DNA from: Sulfurovum sp.
GTDB taxonomy: Bacteria; Campylobacterota; Campylobacteria; Campylobacterales; Sulfurovaceae
NCBI GenBank assembly: GCA_027081115.1
Contig: JALWLD010000121.1
Location: 22,786-86,785 of the forward strand
Length of the DNA: 64,000 nucleotides
Reading direction: 5' to 3'
Shown: positions 51,624-60,518 of the stretch, piece after piece
Layout: each line of letters starts with the position of its first letter
How positions within the stretch are numbered: position 1 is the stretch's first letter
Notes under the pieces: model-generated
Seen by the model: the letters and a program-made list of their open reading frames with translations, nothing else
Databases searched by the model: none
Told to the model about the DNA's origin: nothing
Program-made: the position numbers and the translations under genes

Positions 51624-51776
51624 ATGTTTGAACCATTTACAGATGTCGTACCAAGTTTCTTCGGTATGCTAAATCAGGGTCCTTTGACACTGACCATCTT
51701 TTTACATACAGTAATTATTTTACCGATGTTCTGGATCTATTTCAGTGAAAAGAAGAGATTAGAAAACGAAAAATAG
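51624..51776 (+). CDS. unannotated 50-aa single-TM protein after norB
   Basis: AAGGAG SD; MFEPFTDVVPSFFGMLNQGPLTLTIFLHTVIILPMFWIYFSEKKRLENEK. Confidence 0.75.
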   Translation: MFEPFTDVVPSFFGMLNQGPLTLTIFLHTVIILPMFWIYFSEKKRLENEK

Positions 51777-51791
51777 TTTTTGTTGAGAGTA

Positions 51792-51813
51792 TGAGGGCTG
51801 GGTAGAGCCCTCA
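51792..51813. terminator. hairpin between the nor small ORF and nirS
   Basis: TGAGGGCT-gggtag-AGCCCTCA followed by an A run. Confidence 0.5.
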
Positions 51814-51957
51814 AAAAAAGTAGACGTGTCTTTCTCAAATATGAAAGACTCGGAATTTTATCGCAAGAAACTTTAAGTAAGACCTTAAGGTTTTTTTAGA
51901 GGAGCTCTGGTATTGAAAATTACCAAGAGAATGAACGATTTAAAGAAGGAGAAAAAA

Positions 51958-53697
51958 ATGAAAATGAATAAACTTTTAAGTTTAGCAGCAGCAACAAGTC
52001 TTTTTGCAACGTTGGCAATGGCAGGAACATCAAGTATGGATTTTGCGGCAAAGTATGAAAAAGAGTGTCAAGGATGTCACGGACCGATTCACCAGGGTGG
52101 TGTTGGATCTGACCTCAGACCTAAAGCTTTGAAAGCAAAAAGTAGAGAATTCCTTGCAGAAAGAATTTTACATGGTGTAGAAAATACAGCAATGCCTGCA
52201 TGGGAATCTTCATTCTCAGCAGATGATGCTACGGGTATGATCGACTGGTTGATGGACTGGAAGAATACAGTTGAATTGACACTTTCACTTGATGAAGTCA
52301 AAAAAACATGGTCAACACTTGAAAAAAGAGAAGATATAGCTAAAAAGTATCCTGTTGGAGAAAATGGAGAGTTAAAGTACAAGGGTGCAGAAGTTAAAAA
52401 TGTAAAAGATATTACATTTGCTACAGAGAGAGATGCATCTTTGGTTGACTTTATTGATTCAACGACAGGTAAAGTATTGTCTCGTCACAAAGCTGGATTT
52501 GCGGTTCACGTAACAGTAACCAATAAACATGAGCCAAGATATGCATACTCTATCTCACGTTCAGGTAAGCTTTCTATGTTTGATATTGGTGCTCCGGGAC
52601 AGCCTACATTGGCAACAGTTCAGGTAGGACAAGAGTCTAGAGGACTTGCTGTATCTCCAGATGGTAAATATGTAATTGCAGGTAACTATAACCCAGGTGG
52701 TGCCGTACTTTGTGATGCACATACACTTGAGCCGCTAAAAGCATTTGATACAAGCCGTGTTATTGATCCAGATGGACAAATCGGACCATCAAGAGTTGCA
52801 TCATTGGCAGATACACCTTATGGACCGTACTTTGCAATGGCATTGAAAGATGGTGGACATACATATATTATCGATTACTCTAAGCCTGATTTCCCAATTG
52901 TTGGAGATGTTCCAAATATTGGAAAGATCCTACACGATGCATTCTTGAATGAAGATGAAGGTGAAGACTTTGGTAGATACTTTATGATCGCATCTCAAGG
53001 TTCAGATGTTGTTGGTATTGTTGACTTTAAAGAGAAGAACCTTGCTGCAAAAGTGCACACAGGTAAAAAATCTAAGCCACACCCAGGTCAGGGTTCATCT
53101 TGGTACTCAAAAGGGCAGAAGAAACAGCTTCACGCAACAGTTTCTATGAATATTGGTTCAGTTGTTATTTGGGATTCAAATTGGAAAGTGGTTAAAAAAG
53201 TGAAAACTAACGGTGGTGGACTCTTTGTTGGTACAGCACACCATACACCATGGATCTGGGCAGATAATGTACTTGGTAAGCCAGCAGTATATAATGAAGT
53301 TCACTTGATCAACAAAGATACTTTAGAAACTGACAGAATTATTAAAGTTGGTAAGACTAAAGGTCAATTGATTGATGCAAAGACTAAAAAAGTACTTCAA
53401 GAGTGGGATGCTACACAGCATGAGAAAGTGCCTGTAAATGAAAAACCATTTGGTAAAGAGAAGATTATGCCTATGCCAGACAAGTTGGGTGCGGCAGTGA
53501 AAGATCCTGTACAACCAAGATTGCTTCACGCTGAGCCTGCGAATCATGGTAAGTGGACAATGATCTCTGAGTGGACAACTGGTAGAATTGGTATCTACGA
53601 GTCTGATACAGGTAAGTTTGTGAAGTATATTGAAAACTTGACAACACCTACATTTACATATTCAGTTGAGCATAGACAACATATTCCTGGTGCTTAA
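51958..53697 (+). CDS. nirS: cytochrome cd1 nitrite reductase
   Basis: Signal peptide, CQGCHG, GFAVHV, LHDAF, PHPGQG beta-propeller motifs; AAGGAG SD. Confidence 0.92.
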   Translation: MKMNKLLSLAAATSLFATLAMAGTSSMDFAAKYEKECQGCHGPIHQGGVGSDLRPKALKAKSREFLAERILHGVENTAMPAWESSFSADDATGMIDWLMDWKNTVELTLSLDEVKKTWSTLEKREDIAKKYPVGENGELKYKGAEVKNVKDITFATERDASLVDFIDSTTGKVLSRHKAGFAVHVTVTNKHEPRYAYSISRSGKLSMFDIGAPGQPTLATVQVGQESRGLAVSPDGKYVIAGNYNPGGAVLCDAHTLEPLKAFDTSRVIDPDGQIGPSRVASLADTPYGPYFAMALKDGGHTYIIDYSKPDFPIVGDVPNIGKILHDAFLNEDEGEDFGRYFMIASQGSDVVGIVDFKEKNLAAKVHTGKKSKPHPGQGSSWYSKGQKKQLHATVSMNIGSVVIWDSNWKVVKKVKTNGGGLFVGTAHHTPWIWADNVLGKPAVYNEVHLINKDTLETDRIIKVGKTKGQLIDAKTKKVLQEWDATQHEKVPVNEKPFGKEKIMPMPDKLGAAVKDPVQPRLLHAEPANHGKWTMISEWTTGRIGIYESDTGKFVKYIENLTTPTFTYSVEHRQHIPGA

Positions 53698-53704
53698 TAC
53701 CACT

Positions 53705-53740
53705 ATCATCCTCTTCTCCCCTTTGGGAGAGGGTGATTTA
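53705..53740 (+). terminator. rho-independent terminator-like hairpin after nirS
   Basis: ATCATCCTC..CTCCC-TTT-GGGAGAGGGTGAT plus T run. Confidence 0.6.
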
Positions 53741-53791
53741 TTGAAGTGATCATTAAAGATTATCTCAATAAGTTACCAAGGTTTTCATTGT

Positions 53792-54901
53792 ATGAAGCAG
53801 ATACTTTTTTTATTCTTGCTCTTTTTTACTTTTTCTCATGCCGAATATTTAGACAATCACTCCTGTAACGAGTGTCATGAAAAAATATATGAGGAGTATC
53901 AATTATCCTTTCATACTAAGGGTTATTTTAATGATACCCTGCATCGTAAGATTGCAGATCAAGTAAGCAGTGAAAAGTATAGCTGTGCTACTTGTCATAT
54001 GCCCATGGCAGATAATCTTGATGAGCTCATAACAGGTGCAGCAAGGCCTGATAAAAACAATAAAACACATACAGATGCAATCTCCTGTTATTTCTGTCAT
54101 ACCATAGCTTATGTAAAAACCGCACATAAATTTAATGTCAATACCAAATCAAGACAGGCCAAGAATTATAAACCTACACTTTACGGAAGGCTTGATAATC
54201 CTGATGACAGTGATAAACACTCTTCTACTTCAAATCCAGTGTATGCCAAGCGGGTCTGTATGGGATGCCATTCTCATAAGTTGAATGATAATAATATAAC
54301 TGTTTTTAGGGCGATGGAGACTAAACAGAATAGTATTGGCTGTATTAAATGTCATATGCCTGAAGTCTCAGGTGGTGCCGAAAAGATGGATAAAAGAGCA
54401 AGAGGGCGCCATAAAAGCCATAAATTTTTAGGGATACATGATAAAGTATTTAGAAAAACAGGTCTAGATATAAATATATCAACTCAAGAGAATAAGATAT
54501 TGGTGACATTACACAATAAAATGGAACATCCGCTTATTATTCAGCCTGCACGTGTAAAATTTTTGAAAATAGAACTTATAAGAGCCAATAAAGTAATTTG
54601 GAAAAATTACACTAAAAAACCAAGTGAAGATAAGCAGGGCTATTTTGCTTACAGTTTTAAACAAGAAGGTAAAAAAATTATTATCCCGGCACATGCAGAT
54701 GAGGGAGAATCATACAATCTTTTGTCTAAAGAGATAAAGGAGCTGGTTTATAGGGTCCCAGAAGTACAAAGTCAAGATAAGATCACGGTAGGAATGTATG
54801 TACAGCTTGCAAAAGATGATTGTGCTAAAGTAGTTGATCTAACAGGAACGAATTATACAGAACCACAATTGATGAAAGAAACCGAAGTGATAATTAAATA
54901 G
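53792..54901 (+). CDS. periplasmic pentaheme c-type cytochrome
   Basis: Signal peptide; CNECH, CATCH, CYFCH, CMGCH, CIKCH. Confidence 0.85.
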   Translation: MKQILFLFLLFFTFSHAEYLDNHSCNECHEKIYEEYQLSFHTKGYFNDTLHRKIADQVSSEKYSCATCHMPMADNLDELITGAARPDKNNKTHTDAISCYFCHTIAYVKTAHKFNVNTKSRQAKNYKPTLYGRLDNPDDSDKHSSTSNPVYAKRVCMGCHSHKLNDNNITVFRAMETKQNSIGCIKCHMPEVSGGAEKMDKRARGRHKSHKFLGIHDKVFRKTGLDINISTQENKILVTLHNKMEHPLIIQPARVKFLKIELIRANKVIWKNYTKKPSEDKQGYFAYSFKQEGKKIIIPAHADEGESYNLLSKEIKELVYRVPEVQSQDKITVGMYVQLAKDDCAKVVDLTGTNYTEPQLMKETEVIIK

Positions 54902-54947
54902 ATTTCTGTACAATATAATAAGATAAAGTGATGCAAAGGATTTATGT

Positions 54948-56273
54948 ATGAATATCATGATAGCCGGTGCAGGTACTGTAGGTTATAGTCTAGCGCAGAC
55001 ACTTTCTCGTAAACATAATATTATCGTGGTTGATAAAAATATGTACTCATTGAGCCGCCTAGAAGAGAGTATAGACATATTGACTCTGCACGGCAATATA
55101 GATGACCCGAAAACCTTTCAGAATTTACATACTCATGAGCTTGACCTTTTTATAGCGGTGACAGATTCGGATGAAGCAAATTTGATCTCAACACTGATTA
55201 TTGATGATGTAATCAAAGTCAAAAAAAAGATTATTCGTCTGAAAAATAGTTATTTTTCCAAAAGTAGTGTATTGGAAAAATTAAACATTGATGATGCCAT
55301 TTTTCTTGATGATCTCACAGCTGAAAAGTTTGAAGCGCTCTTTGATCATGCAAAAGCCAACAATGTCAAACGTTTTAGCCATACAGACCATCAACTGGTT
55401 TCCATCCGAGTGGCTTGTGATCAGGGGGTTAAACGTAGCGTAGCTGATTTAACAAAAATTAATGTACAAGTATTGGGAATTGAAAGAGAGAGACAGTATT
55501 TTGTACCTTCGTCCTCTGAGATTATTCAACCAAGTGATCTTATCTACTTTTTTGGAAAGCGTGAAGCCATTGAAACACTTTCTTTCCTATTAAATACTAT
55601 AATGCCCGCAAAGATAAAAAAAGTAGCTATTTTTGGTGCTAATCCTTTGGCACAGAAGATAGCAGAGACATTGCTATCTAAGAATCTTGACATTAAGATG
55701 ATCGATAAAGACCGTGAAGCGTGTAGAGAAGCCTCAGAGAATTTACAAGATAGAATTAGCATTATCAATGTAGCCTATGATGAACACCATCTTTTTGAAG
55801 ATGAGGGGTTGAAAAATGCAGATATGGTCATTGCTGCAGGGGCTAATGATGAGAAGAATATTGTGAAGTGTATTGAAGCTAAAGAGTATGGTGTAGAAAA
55901 AGTACTTGCGATCAATAACGACCGTGCCTACTATAACCTGATGCATACGTTAGGTATTGTTGTAGTAAGAGGGAGTAAGATCGGTGCTTATTATGCGATA
56001 CTCGAAAAGATATCTTCCACCGCTGTTGTTACAGAGAGACATTTTTGTGGAGGGCAGGGAGTGATATTTATGCGAAAGGTAGATTCTACGGCTACATTCC
56101 TAGGGAAAGAGACCATACACTGTACTATAGAGCAGTGTTTTATGTGTCTGCTAAGAGAGGATGAGATCTTGACACTGGATGATGCCGGTGTCTTTCAAGA
56201 GGGAGATATCTTGGTGGTATCAGCCCATGCCAAAAAGGAAGAGAAGATACAAAAATGGATAGTTACGCTTTAA
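54948..56273 (+). CDS. trkA: Trk K+ uptake NAD-binding subunit
   Basis: GAGTVG, AVTDSDEANL, duplicated RCK domains. Confidence 0.88.
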   Translation: MNIMIAGAGTVGYSLAQTLSRKHNIIVVDKNMYSLSRLEESIDILTLHGNIDDPKTFQNLHTHELDLFIAVTDSDEANLISTLIIDDVIKVKKKIIRLKNSYFSKSSVLEKLNIDDAIFLDDLTAEKFEALFDHAKANNVKRFSHTDHQLVSIRVACDQGVKRSVADLTKINVQVLGIERERQYFVPSSSEIIQPSDLIYFFGKREAIETLSFLLNTIMPAKIKKVAIFGANPLAQKIAETLLSKNLDIKMIDKDREACREASENLQDRISIINVAYDEHHLFEDEGLKNADMVIAAGANDEKNIVKCIEAKEYGVEKVLAINNDRAYYNLMHTLGIVVVRGSKIGAYYAILEKISSTAVVTERHFCGGQGVIFMRKVDSTATFLGKETIHCTIEQCFMCLLREDEILTLDDAGVFQEGDILVVSAHAKKEEKIQKWIVTL

Positions 56274-57709
56274 AGAATGTACTGAAGTTTCTCTCACTCA
56301 TAGGGATGGCAATGACACTGTTTCTTTTGTTACCAATATTGATAGGAATTATCTATAGTGAAGATATGAGTTCCTTTCTTCTTTTTGATCTCTTTTTGTT
56401 CTTGGGTAATTTTATGCTCTATTTCTCTTTGAAAAATCATGAGATGAAGATGAGTATTAAAGATGGTATTCTCTCTGTTAATTTGGTATGGATACTCCTT
56501 GGTATAGCAGGTGCAGTACCGCTTTTACTCTATACAGAGGTTACATGGGCAGAAGCTTTTTTTGAAGCTATTAGTGGGTTTACTACTACAGGTGCAACGA
56601 TCTATACTGAGATTGAAGCCTTACCGAAATCTATACTTTTTCTACGTTCTCTTATGCATTGGTTGGGGGGTATGGGGATCATCGTATTAGGGGTAGGTCT
56701 CTTCTCTCTGATCAACCCCTCTGGCTCTATGACACTCTTTAAAGCGGAGTCCACTGGTCTTAAAATGGAAAAAATCACACCAAAAATAAAAGATACAGCT
56801 ATTTTACTTTGGGGAATTTACCTTTTTTTTACAATGATAGATACCCTGGCATTGAAACTTGCAGGAATGAGTCTCTTTGATGCACTTAACCATGCTATGT
56901 CTACTATCTCTACAGGGGGTTTCTCTACTAAAAATAACTCTTTAGGTTTTTATGACTCTTCTACTATTGTGTGGATCACGACTTTTTTTATGTTACTCTC
57001 CGGTATCAATTTTCTTGCACACTTAAAGTTTTTTTCTACAGGTAATGCTAGTGCATATAAGAGAGAAGAGGTCCTTTGGTATTTGAGTATTTTTGGCCTA
57101 CTTTCATTTTTTTTGACTGTGGTAGTGTTTCTTGCAAAGGGAGATGGCTTCTTTCATGTGTTAAGCCATGCTTCTTTTACCATAGCCTCTATTCTGACGA
57201 CAACGGGTTTTGCAACACTTGATTATGAGGAGTGGGGAGTAGTAGCTATTGCGCTTATCTTTGTAACCATGCTCGTAGGTGGAAATGCAGGTTCTACAGC
57301 GGGTGGAGTAAAAGTTATACGTTATATTGTGTTATTTAAAAATATTTCATTGGAGTTTAAACGTATTTTGAACCCTAATGTAATGATAGGAGTGTTTATA
57401 GACAAGGAAAAGGTCTCATCCAAAATCATCTCAGCAACCACAGGTTTTATTTTTTTGTTTGCTATTACAAATATGCTGTTGACACTTTATCTTTTTTCTA
57501 GAGGCTATGATCCAATGACATCACTCTCTACTGCTGTGGCAACAGTTGGAAATATTGGTCCGGGATTTTCACTTTCAGGCCCTGTAGAGAATTATGCGTT
57601 TTTCTCCGATATAGATAAAGTGATACTCTCTTTTGCAATGATTGTCGGAAGGTTGGAATTTTATACAGTTTTTCTACTTTTTACCCACTCTTTTTGGAAA
57701 AAGTTCTAA
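56255..57709 (+). CDS. trkH: Trk K+ uptake membrane subunit
   Basis: SGFTTTG, WLGGMG, STGGFS, GSTAGG, GRLE. Confidence 0.93.
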   Translation: MDSYALKNVLKFLSLIGMAMTLFLLLPILIGIIYSEDMSSFLLFDLFLFLGNFMLYFSLKNHEMKMSIKDGILSVNLVWILLGIAGAVPLLLYTEVTWAEAFFEAISGFTTTGATIYTEIEALPKSILFLRSLMHWLGGMGIIVLGVGLFSLINPSGSMTLFKAESTGLKMEKITPKIKDTAILLWGIYLFFTMIDTLALKLAGMSLFDALNHAMSTISTGGFSTKNNSLGFYDSSTIVWITTFFMLLSGINFLAHLKFFSTGNASAYKREEVLWYLSIFGLLSFFLTVVVFLAKGDGFFHVLSHASFTIASILTTTGFATLDYEEWGVVAIALIFVTMLVGGNAGSTAGGVKVIRYIVLFKNISLEFKRILNPNVMIGVFIDKEKVSSKIISATTGFIFLFAITNMLLTLYLFSRGYDPMTSLSTAVATVGNIGPGFSLSGPVENYAFFSDIDKVILSFAMIVGRLEFYTVFLLFTHSFWKKF

Positions 57710-57711
57710 AC

Positions 57712-57754
57712 TTGATATAACTCAACCTCTTGATTATCTATATTCAAGTACAAT
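57712..57754 (+). promoter_or_regulatory. Crp/Fnr box plus -10 of nirF
   Basis: TTGATATAACTCAA at 57712-57725; TACAAT at 57749-57754; centre about -42.5. Confidence 0.65.
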
Positions 57755-57779
57755 AGACAAATTGATTGAAGGAAATAAA

Positions 57780-58898
57780 ATGAAATCACTAATCTCACTG
57801 TTTTTACTGAGTGCTGTCCTTTTTGCAGGTACACCCTCAGCGAGTGAAAAAATATTTGTTGTAGAGCGTGAAGATCAATCGATCGCTGTTATCAGCAAAG
57901 GTTTGACCAAGTCACATATGACAAATGTACACAATATGAATCATGGTATTATAAAGTTTGACGGGAAAGACGGATACCTCATTAGCCGTGACGGATATGT
58001 GGTACGTTTTGATCCTATAACAGAGAAGATACTTAATGAGTATAAAACTTCAAAGTCTGCCATTGGTTTTGTAATCGGTAAGAATTATGTAGCTGTAGCA
58101 AATTATGATGACAAGTCAGTAGATATTCTTACCCGTGATCTAAAACCTATAGAGAAAATAGTCACCGGGTCTAAAAATGTGGGTATCAAAATCTATAAAG
58201 ATATGATCATCTTTGCGCAGATGGATTCTGATAAGGTTACCGTACTTAAAAATGAAAACAAAGCAGAAGGGTTACCAAAATTTAAAATTTTTAAAGAGTT
58301 TAAAGTTGGGGAGATGCCTTTTGATGCGATGATTAAAGACAATACTTATATTGTTGGTTTTTTCCTTACCAAAGCTTTTGGTGTCATTGATCTGGATAAG
58401 ATGGAATTCTCAGAGATCAAAGTGACGGCAAAAGATAATAAGCCTGTATTGAAAGTACCACACTTTGGTTTCTGGTCGCTAAGTGATGACAAAACATTTA
58501 TCCCTGCAGTAGGAGACAACGCTGTGATGGTGTATGATGCTGACTTTAACTTTATTAAAAACATTGAAACAAAAGGCTTACCCGTCTTTACTGCACTTAG
58601 CCCAGATAAAAAATACCTGGCAGTGACCTTTTCAGGAAAAGACTTTCCTACGATTCAGATTGTAGATACCAAAACACTTGAGATTATTCAAACATTTACC
58701 TTCATGGGAAAAGTACTTCATGTGCGCTGGTCCAATAAGGATGATTACCTTTATGTCTCTGTCAATGGAAAGGGAGAGGCACGTGATCAAAACAAAGTTA
58801 ACGTGATCAATACGAAAGAGTGGTTTTTGGAGCGCGAGATCTATCAGCTAAAGCACCCCTCGGGTATTTTTATCTATCAGATGGATGAAAAGAAATAG
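57780..58898 (+). CDS. nirF: heme d1 maturation protein NirF-like (beta-propeller)
   Basis: Signal peptide, VVER, NHG, SRDG, AVANY, PFDA, KVPH, VLHVRW, PSGIF; near nirS. Confidence 0.8.
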   Translation: MKSLISLFLLSAVLFAGTPSASEKIFVVEREDQSIAVISKGLTKSHMTNVHNMNHGIIKFDGKDGYLISRDGYVVRFDPITEKILNEYKTSKSAIGFVIGKNYVAVANYDDKSVDILTRDLKPIEKIVTGSKNVGIKIYKDMIIFAQMDSDKVTVLKNENKAEGLPKFKIFKEFKVGEMPFDAMIKDNTYIVGFFLTKAFGVIDLDKMEFSEIKVTAKDNKPVLKVPHFGFWSLSDDKTFIPAVGDNAVMVYDADFNFIKNIETKGLPVFTALSPDKKYLAVTFSGKDFPTIQIVDTKTLEIIQTFTFMGKVLHVRWSNKDDYLYVSVNGKGEARDQNKVNVINTKEWFLEREIYQLKHPSGIFIYQMDEKK

Positions 58899-58901
58899 AC
58901 C

Positions 58902-59312
58902 ATGCTTCAGCAACCTTTTAAGTACTTGCTACTTTGGTTGTTCCCTTTTCTCCTCTCAGCCAATTTTGTCAATTGGCTGGGAGATTACGACAGTGCACAC
59001 CAAAAAGCATTAAAAGAGCATAAGCCTTTATTGGTACTTGTAGTTAAAAAGAGAGATCCTCTCTCTTCGAAAGTCATTCAAAACAGTTTTATGGACCAAA
59101 AGTATGTAGACCGTATCAATGAAAAGATGATACCTGTAATTGTAACCTATGAAGGGGTATTGTCTTACCCTATTGAGATGTATTACACGACTATATTCCC
59201 CACACTCTTTTTTGTGGACAGCAATAGAGAGACTTTTCTAAAAACACCTTTGTACGGCACAGAGATCAAGAATCAGAGTATTGAAACAAAGCTTCTTGAA
59301 TTATTTAACTAA
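58902..59312 (+). CDS. exported thioredoxin-like (SoxW-like) protein lacking CxxC
   Basis: W..DY..A.QKA..EHKPLLV and FPTLFFVD; contains no Cys. Confidence 0.7.
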   Translation: MLQQPFKYLLLWLFPFLLSANFVNWLGDYDSAHQKALKEHKPLLVLVVKKRDPLSSKVIQNSFMDQKYVDRINEKMIPVIVTYEGVLSYPIEMYYTTIFPTLFFVDSNRETFLKTPLYGTEIKNQSIETKLLELFN

Positions 59313-59345
59313 AAAAATGTATAGTACAGTGATAAAGGATAAGAT

Positions 59346-59627
59346 ATGAAAAAAGTAATTTTAGGTATTTTAATAGGAACGGTTACACTGTTTTCTGCGT
59401 TATCTCCTCAGTATCAGAATATTAAAGATCTAGATACTATGGTGTCATATGTAAAGAGTCATCCCAAAGTAGCTGCGACACTCAGAGAGATCAGTATTGT
59501 AGATAAAGTGATCTATTTTGGTGCAGGATGTAAAGTTGTGTTCAAGCGTAAAAGCAGTTTAAAGCCAATTGGCATGGTTGGTCCTGCAGAACCTTTAGAG
59601 GTAAAGCGTACTACCTGTTTAGAATAG
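59346..59627 (+). CDS. small exported hypothetical protein
   Basis: AAGGA SD, signal peptide, two Cys. Confidence 0.75.
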   Translation: MKKVILGILIGTVTLFSALSPQYQNIKDLDTMVSYVKSHPKVAATLREISIVDKVIYFGAGCKVVFKRKSSLKPIGMVGPAEPLEVKRTTCLE

Positions 59628-60518
59628 GTGGTACGCTTCCTCTATACTTTTTGTTTTGTTATTAAGAAAGAGAATGACGGCAGCATTGAGTTTTGCAAGT
59701 TTTAAAAATTCTTCAGTGGGGTTTTCCAAAAGGTATAAAGATTCTTCAAGTGTAATACGTTGTGTAGATTTTTTGTATACAATATCAAAATCCCGTGGAT
59801 CTACTTTAATCTCTGTTACTTCATTATTCTCAACAATGGTTATGCTGCATTTTGAAAAGATCTCAGGAGTACCCTCATTCCCTTTTATGATGACCAGTTT
59901 TTTGTAACGGTCCTTGAAAAGTGTAATGTACTTCTCTACAAAAGGTTTATGAAAAGCACCTATGATGGCAGTTTCACTTTGTGTGATGTTGAGGAGTTTT
60001 TCAATGGTATTAAAAGAAGATCTCAAACCAAGTTTTTCACGAATTTGACTGAATGTATAGAGTTCAGGAAAGTATGTTTCTCTGTCATAAAAGTAGGTAT
60101 TGTCTGGAAGTTTAGTATTGTCGCAGATCTCTTTGAGTGTAGTACCCTCTTTTGCTGGTTGTAAAAGTCCACCATGCAAGGAAAGATTGATATTATGCTT
60201 TTGTAAATAGTTGGCTACAAGTGAAAAGATGTAGGGGTTTTTGACTTTACCGTCATAAGGGTAGCCAAACTCAATGGAGTTTTCAAGAGGAGCATGCTTG
60301 ATGAATTCATCGAATACTTCAATGGAAGCAGCAAACTCTTCAATACTTTCTCCTTTGACACGCCATCCCAACATAAAAGCTGCTACCTGTTCATGTACTA
60401 CTTCATTGTTTAAAAAGGCTCGCATGACTACAGTCATCTCTTCTTTTGTGAGGTCACGGTTACGCTTAGGCCCGGTTCCTACGCATTTGAGATAGGGGAG
60501 AAATTCTTTTGAAGTCAT
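59619..60518 (-). CDS. YbiB/TrpD-like (glycosyltransferase family 3) protein
   Basis: VGTGPKRNRDLT.EE, QVAAFMLGWRVKGE, R..LGLRS..NTIEKL, FHKPF, KGNEG. Confidence 0.8.
   Translation of the reverse strand: MTSKEFLPYLKCVGTGPKRNRDLTKEEMTVVMRAFLNNEVVHEQVAAFMLGWRVKGESIEEFAASIEVFDEFIKHAPLENSIEFGYPYDGKVKNPYIFSLVANYLQKHNINLSLHGGLLQPAKEGTTLKEICDNTKLPDNTYFYDRETYFPELYTFSQIREKLGLRSSFNTIEKLLNITQSETAIIGAFHKPFVEKYITLFKDRYKKLVIIKGNEGTPEIFSKCSITIVENNEVTEIKVDPRDFDIVYKKSTQRITLEESLYLLENPTEEFLKLAKLNAAVILFLNNKTKSIEEAYHLF

Noticed and set aside
45714-57780. Longer ORF-track starts at 46862, 48510, 50103, 51913 and 57642
   Set aside because: Downstream ATGs (46817, 48438, 50130, 51958, 57780) have SD sequences, and the extensions run through REP, promoter or neighbouring-gene sequence or lack an SD
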